Positions 8,102-13,893 of a stretch of DNA of 13,893 bases are shown in pieces. Both the position numbers and the translations under genes were made by a program. Under the pieces are notes generated by a model that was not told where the DNA came from, ran no database searches, and worked only from the letters and a program-made list of their open reading frames with translations. Origin of the DNA: Octopus sinensis (lineage: Eukaryota). The stretch spans positions 1 through 13,893 of the forward strand of contig NW_021825951.1 of the NCBI RefSeq assembly GCF_006345805.1, read 5' to 3'. How positions within the stretch are numbered: position 1 is the stretch's first letter; each line of letters opens with the position of its first letter.

Positions 8102-8140
8102 TGTTTCAATCATTTGATTGCATAGTACTGGTGCACTGCC
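8102..8140 (-). mobile_element. SINE family C, extreme 3'-end fragment
   Basis: TGTTTCAATCATTTGATTGCA..TACTGGTGCAC resembles the reverse complement of the 3' end of the copy at 9230-9262. Confidence 0.5.
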
Positions 8141-8164
8141 TCGGGTGCCTACATATATATGTAT

Positions 8165-8207
<43 letters not shown>

Positions 8208-8227
8208 TATATATATATATATATATA

Positions 8228-8406
8228 GGCGCAGAAGTGGTTGTGTGGTAAGCAGCTTGCTTACCAACCACATGGTTCCGGGTTCGGTCCCACTGCGTGA
8301 CACCTTGGGCAAGTGTCTTCTACTATAGTCTCGGACCGACCAAAGCCTTGTGAGTGGATTTGACAGACAGAAACTGAAAGAAGCCTATGGTATATATGTA
8401 TATATA
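8228..8406 (+). mobile_element. SINE family C, 5' half (tRNA head plus CORE-like domain)
   Basis: GGCGCAGAAG, A box TGGTTGTGTGG (8238-48), B box GGTTCGGTCCC (8281-91), CORE-like GTGACACCTTGGGCAAGTGTCTT, ending GAAACTGAAAGAAGCC and then (TA)n. Confidence 0.9.
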
Positions 8407-8636
8407 AGGCGAAATTGCGAGGATAATATGGTGCTTGACTTCGAATGACCCGTCCTTGTTTTCTTTGTATCGTCTATCTGGATGTTTTGTTGTCCCTTTT
8501 TGTATCACCTAACTGTTCGGATGTTTTGCATTCTTGTCCCATTTTGTATTTTTTATATAATATATATATAATTTACTCTGCTATGTATTGAGTACCTTAT
8601 TTACTGTGGTTAACCCCGACTCAACCCGGGACCTAC
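8407..8636. mobile_element. (TA)n-embedded repeat fragment related to the 1111-1296 element
   Basis: Two degenerate direct units GGATGTTTTG...TTGTCCC.TTTTGTAT (~8477-8506 and ~8518-8549) and GAGTACCTTATTT (8590-8602), shared with 1276-1288. Confidence 0.5.
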
Positions 8637-8652
8637 ATATATATATATATAT

Positions 8653-9032
8653 ATATTATATTAGATTAGAGATAAAACCACTATTAGGCAAATCAAACAA
8701 TGTAAAACTTAAGCCAATACATAAAATTAATTAATTTATATTATTTTAAATATATATCAAAAGTATTAAAAGTTTAATAAAAGATAATGAGTAAAACATA
8801 ATAGTGTTTTACTCATTATCTTTTATTAAATTTTTAATACTTTTGATATATATTTAAAATAATATAAATTAATTTTATGTATTGGCTTAAGTTTTTCATT
8901 GTTTGATTTGCCTAATAGTGGTTTTTTATCTCTAATTAATAATATAATATTTTACTATAAAATTGGATTCAATCCTAAATCTGATTTTTCCCTGTAAGTT
9001 TGGATTTATTCCCTAATATTTTATTATTAATT

Positions 9033-9033
<1 letters not shown>
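8653..9033. mobile_element. AT-rich fold-back element: ~134-bp near-perfect palindrome plus an ~85-bp one-sided extension
   Basis: 8665-8798 matches the reverse complement of 8805-8936 with 2 substitutions and 2 short indels; loop TAATAG (8799-8804). It is bounded by (TA)n on both sides. Confidence 0.85.
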
Positions 9034-9063
<30 letters not shown>

Positions 9064-9064
<1 letters not shown>

Positions 9065-9271
9065 TGTTTATGTGTCTATGTTTGTCCCCCCCGCCATCGC
9101 TTGACGACCGATGTTGGTGTGTTTATGTCCCCGTAACTTAGCGGTTCGGCAAAAGAGACCGATAGAATAAGTTCTAGGCTTACAAAGAATAAGTTCTGGG
9201 GTTGATTTGTTCGACTAAAAGTCGGTGCTCCAGCATGGCCGCAGTCAAATGACTGAAACAAATAAAAGAAT
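9064..9271 (+). mobile_element. SINE family C, 3' half
   Basis: TTTGTCCCCC...ATCGCTTGAC...GTAACTTAGCGGTTCGGCAAAAGAGACCGATAGAATAAG...CCAGCATGGCCGCAGTCAAATGACTGAAACAAATAAAAGA is homologous to 6185-6400 and to the reverse complement of 13382-13590. Confidence 0.9.
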
Positions 9272-9905
9272 GTGTGTGGGTGTGTATAAATATATATATG
9301 TGTATGTGTGTGTATGTATGGATATATACATATACATTATATATTTATACATTATATATATATATATATATATTCACAGATACACACACACGCACACACA
9401 CACAGCTACTCATTCCTGCCTTGGTGTTTATTGACTTACTTATCCGACCTTACAACCGGATCCGTCACCATTTTGCGGCCATGTTTAACGTAAAGTAAAT
9501 AGATTTGATCGTTTGATCACCTTTGATTTCTCGGAGACTAAGAAAATCGAAAGGAGATTATCTGCTTTCAGATTAGTATTGACATTATTTCCAGATTATA
9601 CAATCTGTCTGTCTTGTTGGATTTCAAGATCTATGTGTGGTAGCGGGAAAGGTCATCGAATGTGATTCTGTGTTCGATTGGTATCGATCTTACATTGATG
9701 CAGAATATTATGGTGTTTGTTTGTTTGGCTTCGAAGCAATTTTTCTCTTGTTCCAGTTCTAACTGTCAAAGACACCATTGCTCGCTGCCGGCTCCGTCCC
9801 CGCTGCCACCAACGTCACCAACGCCGCCACCCCCGCAGTCGCTATCACGCTCATTATCACATCCCCACCGCAACAAAACAACCACTCTCACTATCCCTTA
9901 AGCTA

Positions 9906-10240
9906 CTGCCGCCACCACCGGTACCACCACCGCCACCGCCGCCACCACCGCCACCACAGCCGCCGCTACCACCACCACCACCGCCACCGCCGCCGCCGCC
10001 ACCACCACCACCACCACCACCACCACCACACCGCACGCACACATCGATCTTGCTCAACCATCCACAGCCTGCAACCCTCCGCGCTTCGCTTCTTCTTTCT
10101 TCTTCTTCTTCTTCTTCTTTCTTCTACTTCTTTCTTCTTCTTTCTCTTCTTCTTCTTCTTCTTCTTCTTCTTCTTCTTCTTCTTCCTTCCTCCTCGTCGT
10201 CGTCGTCGTCATCGTCCTTACCATCACCATCACCACCACT
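9906..10240. repeat. Stack of trinucleotide repeats: (CCA/CCG)n, (TTC)n, (TCG)n, (CCA/TCA)n
   Basis: (CCR)n 9906-10029, (TTC)n 10089-10185, (TCG)n 10194-10216. These explain the poly-P/H/G/E/F ORFs. Confidence 0.95.
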
Positions 10241-10266
10241 ACCCTCCTCATCTGGCTTCCTTTCAG

Positions 10267-10392
10267 CTCTTTACAGTCTGTGTTCAAATCCAGCCAAATT
10301 AACTTTGATTTTTCGTCCGTCCTCGTTGGGGGAGGTCGACAAAATAACGTAGCACTCAAGACTGGGGGCCATTGTTTCCCTCTCCCCCAAAA
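10267..10392 (+). mobile_element. SINE family A, old degenerate partial copy
   Basis: GTTCAAATCCAGCC...AACTTTG..TTTTCGTCC...GGTCGACAAAATAA...ACTGGGGG...CTCCCCCAAAA aligns colinearly with family A. Confidence 0.6.
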
Positions 10393-10394
10393 CT

Positions 10395-10733
10395 GATGTA
10401 CCTTGTAATGTTGTGAGTAAAGAGGTTGAAAAAAAAATCACCAAGTCCTCCGAATTGAAAGTGGAAATGGCAAGACTGTATGGAATACGAGAGGGTAATG
10501 TAAAAATGATACCAGTGGTGATCGGAGCGTTGGGCCCAATCCCATTGGAACTTCAAGACTTTTTAAGGCAACTGGAAATCCCATGCAAGATTGATGTCTT
10601 GCTAAAGCAGCCATTTTGGGCACAGCGCACATATTAAGGAATAGTATTATTTGTCTGTGTCTGATGTCCTTGTTGTCACTTGACAGATGACTAAAGACAC
10701 TGGTGCATTTTTATCTACACTGTGTCACGAAGG
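10395..10733 (+). mobile_element. 5'-truncated R4/Dong-clade non-LTR retrotransposon: RLE C-terminal pseudogene plus 3'UTR
   Basis: The frame reads DVPCNVVSKEVEKKITKSSELKVEMARLYG...VKMIPVVIGALGPIPLELQDFLRQLEI and, after a frameshift near 10603, KAAILGTAHILR (10604-10639). This matches the KE.EK..KY..L..E..RLW...IP.V.GALG.IP...Q KA.LLGTA.ILR signature of R4-clade elements. It runs directly into (AAT)n. Confidence 0.85.
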
Positions 10734-10757
10734 AATAATAATGATAATATAATAATA

Positions 10758-10814
<57 letters not shown>

Positions 10815-10832
10815 TGATGATAATAATAATAA
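10734..10832. repeat. (AAT)n microsatellite
   Basis: Directly visible; source of the poly-Ile ORF 10711..10908. Confidence 0.95.
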
Positions 10833-10837
10833 GGATG

Positions 10838-11038
10838 ATGCTTAGCGCTATTTCATCCGTCGCTACGTTCTGAGTTCTCATTCCGCCGAAGTCAACTTCG
10901 CCGTTCATCCTTTCGGGGTTGATAAATTAAGTACGAGTGAAATACTGGGGTCAGTGTAATCGACTAGTCCCCTCCCCTAAAATTTCAGGTCTTATGCCTA
11001 TAGTAGAAAGGATTATTATGATTATTATTATTATTATT
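10838..11038 (+). mobile_element. SINE family A, 5'-truncated, with (ATT)n tail
   Basis: ATGCTTAGCG.TATTTC.TCCGTCGCTACGTTCTGAGTTC...TTCATCCTTTCGGGGTTGATAAATTAAGTAC...GCCTATAGTAGAAAGG followed by (ATT)n. Confidence 0.85.
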
Positions 11039-11568
11039 GAGTGAGAGAGCAGTTCATGCCATCAAAGTGACACCGGGGTAAAATATACGAAGCCCAATAT
11101 ACCCATCATGACTACCCGTCTGATAAGGGTACACCAGGCACATGCATCACAACCATATGTGCGCGACATGGTGATCTCATATCAGGTAAACAGCACATGA
11201 CCTTGCAGGTGGCCCAGTTAGAATTTTCTTCAGGTTGAGAGCCCATCCCGCCAAAAGGTCCCTGAATAAGGGTTGTTTAAGGATGTTGAACGAAACACCC
11301 ATGTTTCCAGAGGTGAATTATTCAAACCCCAAAGAATCCCTCTCAACACATGGCTATGATGCTCCCCCCCCTACTTCTTTTGCTTCGTGATCAGAGATGC
11401 ACATATCGTCAGCCACTAATGGACATGCTCAACTGGTTAAAGTCAAACAACTGACAAGCAAATCTGTGGTATTGAGCAGAATGTTTGCTGTAGCCCATCT
11501 TTTATACCAAGACAAAACAATGTACATGATAACACTTCCAATCAGTTAAGATCAGAAGCCATGAGAGC

Positions 11569-11570
<2 letters not shown>
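11039..11570 (-). mobile_element. ~530-bp interspersed repeat between two (ATT)n tracts, probably a non-LTR 3'UTR fragment
   Basis: Complex non-coding sequence bounded by (ATT)n on both sides; the minus strand ends ...CTCTCTCACTC(AAT)n like a retroposon tail. Orientation and identity are inferred. Confidence 0.45.

Positions 11571-11615
<45 letters not shown>
11570..11615. repeat. (ATT)n microsatellite
   Basis: Perfect run. Confidence 0.95.
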
Positions 11616-11616
<1 letters not shown>

Positions 11617-11617
11617 A

Positions 11618-11847
11618 GCGGCGAGGTGGTAGAGTCGTTAGTACGTCAGGCAAAATGCACAGTGGCTTTTGTTCCGTCTTTACGTTCTTAAGTTCAAATT
11701 CCATCGGGGTCGGCTTTACCTTTCATTCTTTCGGGGTCGATAAAATAATACCAGTTGATCACAGGCTTCATGCAATCGACTTAGCCCCCTCCCCCTAAAT
11801 TGCTGACCTTGTGCCAAAATTTGAAACCATTATTATAATTATTATTA
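11618..11847 (+). mobile_element. SINE family A, full-length diverged copy with (ATT)n tail
   Basis: GCGGCGAGGTGGTAGAGTCGTTAG...AAGTTCAAATTCC (B box)...TTTCATTCTTTCGGGGTCGATAAAATA...CTTGTGCC...ATTATTAT. Confidence 0.85.
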
Positions 11848-11934
11848 GCAAATACGTTAGAAAGCAGAAGGCATGGGACGTGTTGTTTAAGGAATATATT
11901 TAGATTGAGAAACCCTGCGGGACCCGACCTCATG

Positions 11935-11937
<3 letters not shown>

Positions 11938-11977
<40 letters not shown>

Positions 11978-12212
11978 GGATATATATATATACATATACG
12001 TATATATATGCTGAGAGTAAGAGGGAGAGACAGAGAGAGAAGGGAAGACAGAAACAGATAGACAGCCAGAGATTTATTAAATTATACAGTAATTAAATGT
12101 TATTTATATAAATCAATATCGATTTCGTATATAAATACCGAATATTGATTTCTCATACAAATATATATTTATACACCTATGTACGCATTTCACAAATACA
12201 TAAATACGTGTA

Positions 12213-12277
<65 letters not shown>

Positions 12278-12702
12278 TGTGTGTATGTATATATATATAT
12301 ATATAATATATGCATACACACGCAAACACATACATAAACTCTTATGTATGTATGAATGTGTGAATGTATGCATGTGTGTGAATGTATACATGTGTGTATG
12401 TATGTGTATATGTATGCATGTGTGAATGTATGCATGTGTGTATGCATGTGTGTATGTGTGTATGTATGTATGCACGTGTGTATGTTTACATGTGTGAATG
12501 TATGCATGTGTGTATGTATGTGTAAATGTTTGCATGCGTGTGTGTATGTGTAAATGTTTGCATGTGTGTGTGTATGTGCTATTTACATAGTAGAAGTGCA
12601 AAGAGGTTAAGGAGCGACATTGATCGTTGGATGATTATAGAATGAAGAAGTATGTTTGGGTATTGTATATATTATATACATGTGTGTGTGTATGTGTATT
12701 AT

Positions 12703-12752
<50 letters not shown>

Positions 12753-12870
12753 GTCTCTATGTTGGGGTGTGTCTAATCTGTACGTATGTACGTATGTACG
12801 TGGTGTGTGTATGTAAGTGTATGTAAGTGTGTGTGTGTGTGTTATGAACGTTGCTGTGTGTGTGTGTACG
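11938..12870. repeat. Compound (CA)n/(TA)n/(TG)n/(TATG)n microsatellite-minisatellite region
   Basis: Directly visible, including a 28-bp tandem duplication (12521-12548 and 12549-12576). Short unique spacers are interspersed. Confidence 0.85.
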
Positions 12871-13013
12871 CGTGTAATGTGCACAGAGTGAAACATAGGA
12901 AGATAATGGCGTTGCAGCAAGCTATATCTGTGCTGGATGCGTATATTTATAAATACACAAAGAGATAAGTCAACAAGCCGTTTGATGATGATCTGTCTGT
13001 AAAATTAGACACG

Positions 13014-13044
<31 letters not shown>

Positions 13045-13239
13045 CTGGCAAATATATGTAACCGCCATCATAAACCAAGAGAAACAGTCATAAATCCGTT
13101 CCCCTACCCACCTTCCACCAACCCTTGTCCCCCTCTCTCTTTCTCCACTCCCCGCCTCCCCCGCCACCGATGGCACCGTGCCGATGGTATTAGGCTGGCG
13201 CTGTTTAATTGCCTCTATTACATTTAGTTATCGCCAAGG

Positions 13240-13250
13240 CACACTTACAA

Positions 13251-13297
<47 letters not shown>

Positions 13298-13358
13298 TAG
13301 ACACACACACACATACACGCACACACTCGCACGCGCGCGCGTGCACGCGGGCACGCAG
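13240..13358. repeat. (CA)n grading into (CG)n alternating purine-pyrimidine tract
   Basis: ACACAC...ACACTCGCACGCGCGCGCGTGCACGCG. Confidence 0.9.
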
Positions 13359-13381
13359 TGTCTTGTTGTAGTGCCAGATAT

Positions 13382-13755
13382 ATCTTTTATCTTTTACTTA
13401 ACTCAGTTATTTGACTGCGGCCATGCTGGAGCACCGCCTTCAGTCGAACAAATCGTCCCCAGGACTTATTCTTTGTAAGCCTAGCACTTATTTTATCGGT
13501 CTATTTTGCCGAACCGCTAAGTTACGGGGACATAAGCACACCAACATCAGTTGTCATGCGATGGTAGGAAGAAAACATACACACACACATATGTATACGA
13601 CGGGCTTCTTTCAGTTTCCGTCTACCAAAGCCACTCACAAGGCTTTGATCGGCCCGAGGCTATAGTAGAAGACACTTGCCTAAAAAGCCACGCAGTGGAA
13701 CTGAACCTGGAACCATGTGGTTAGGCAGGAAACTTCTTACCACACAGCCACGCCT
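13382..13755 (-). mobile_element. SINE family C, full-length copy with a short internal (TG/TA) linker
   Basis: The head 13755-13593 is homologous to 8228-8406 and the 3' half 13590-13382 to 9064-9271; the two halves are contiguous. Confidence 0.9.
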
Positions 13756-13893
13756 GTTCAATGTTCAATGTTCGTCTCAGATGTTAAAGGTTCTTGGTTC
13801 AAATCCTCGTTGGCCAACATTCCCATCCAGGTTTACTTTTGCTTCCTTCAACTATTCTAAAACTAATGGCTGACATCTGCTTGTACGCAGCCA

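Noticed and set aside
9660-9715. VFDWYRSYI resembling the LINE RT motif W..SYL
   Set aside because: Neither the upstream D...AFD nor the downstream GVPQGS motif is present.
12101-12151. Short AT-rich palindromes
   Set aside because: Expected by chance at this AT content.
3984-13478. All YI/CV/HT/MYVC-repeat ORFs in the track
   Set aside because: They are direct translations of dinucleotide and tetranucleotide microsatellites.
1-13893. CRISPR arrays, rRNA genes, prokaryotic operons or terminators
   Set aside because: No repeat-spacer structure or rRNA similarity; the sequence is clearly eukaryotic repeat-rich DNA.

Overview
This is AT-rich, repeat-saturated eukaryotic DNA, intronic or intergenic. 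The repeat families and the (TA)n/(CA)n/(CATA)n/(AAT)n microsatellite load look like an octopus (coleoid cephalopod) genome; this is recognition from memory, not a database result. I find no intact protein-coding gene. Almost every ORF in the supplied track is a microsatellite or low-complexity artefact; the clear exception is 10413-10637, the decayed C-terminus of an R4/Dong-type restriction-like-endonuclease (RLE) retrotransposon. The window contains: (i) about ten tRNA-derived SINE copies or fragments from three families; (ii) a 1082-bp solo LTR (1995-3076) with an ATAT target-site duplication; (iii) two RLE non-LTR 3'-end fragments (Dong-like, and a weaker HERO-like one); (iv) several fold-back elements next to (TA)n tracts, resembling Penelope-like element (PLE) pseudo-LTR remnants, with one reasonable and several degenerate hammerhead-ribozyme-like motifs; (v) two CpG-rich unique patches and one candidate small exon that might belong to a host gene. 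The recurring theme is that microsatellites, including one inside a SINE, act as landing pads for nested insertions. All family names and alignments were made by eye and need computational confirmation.
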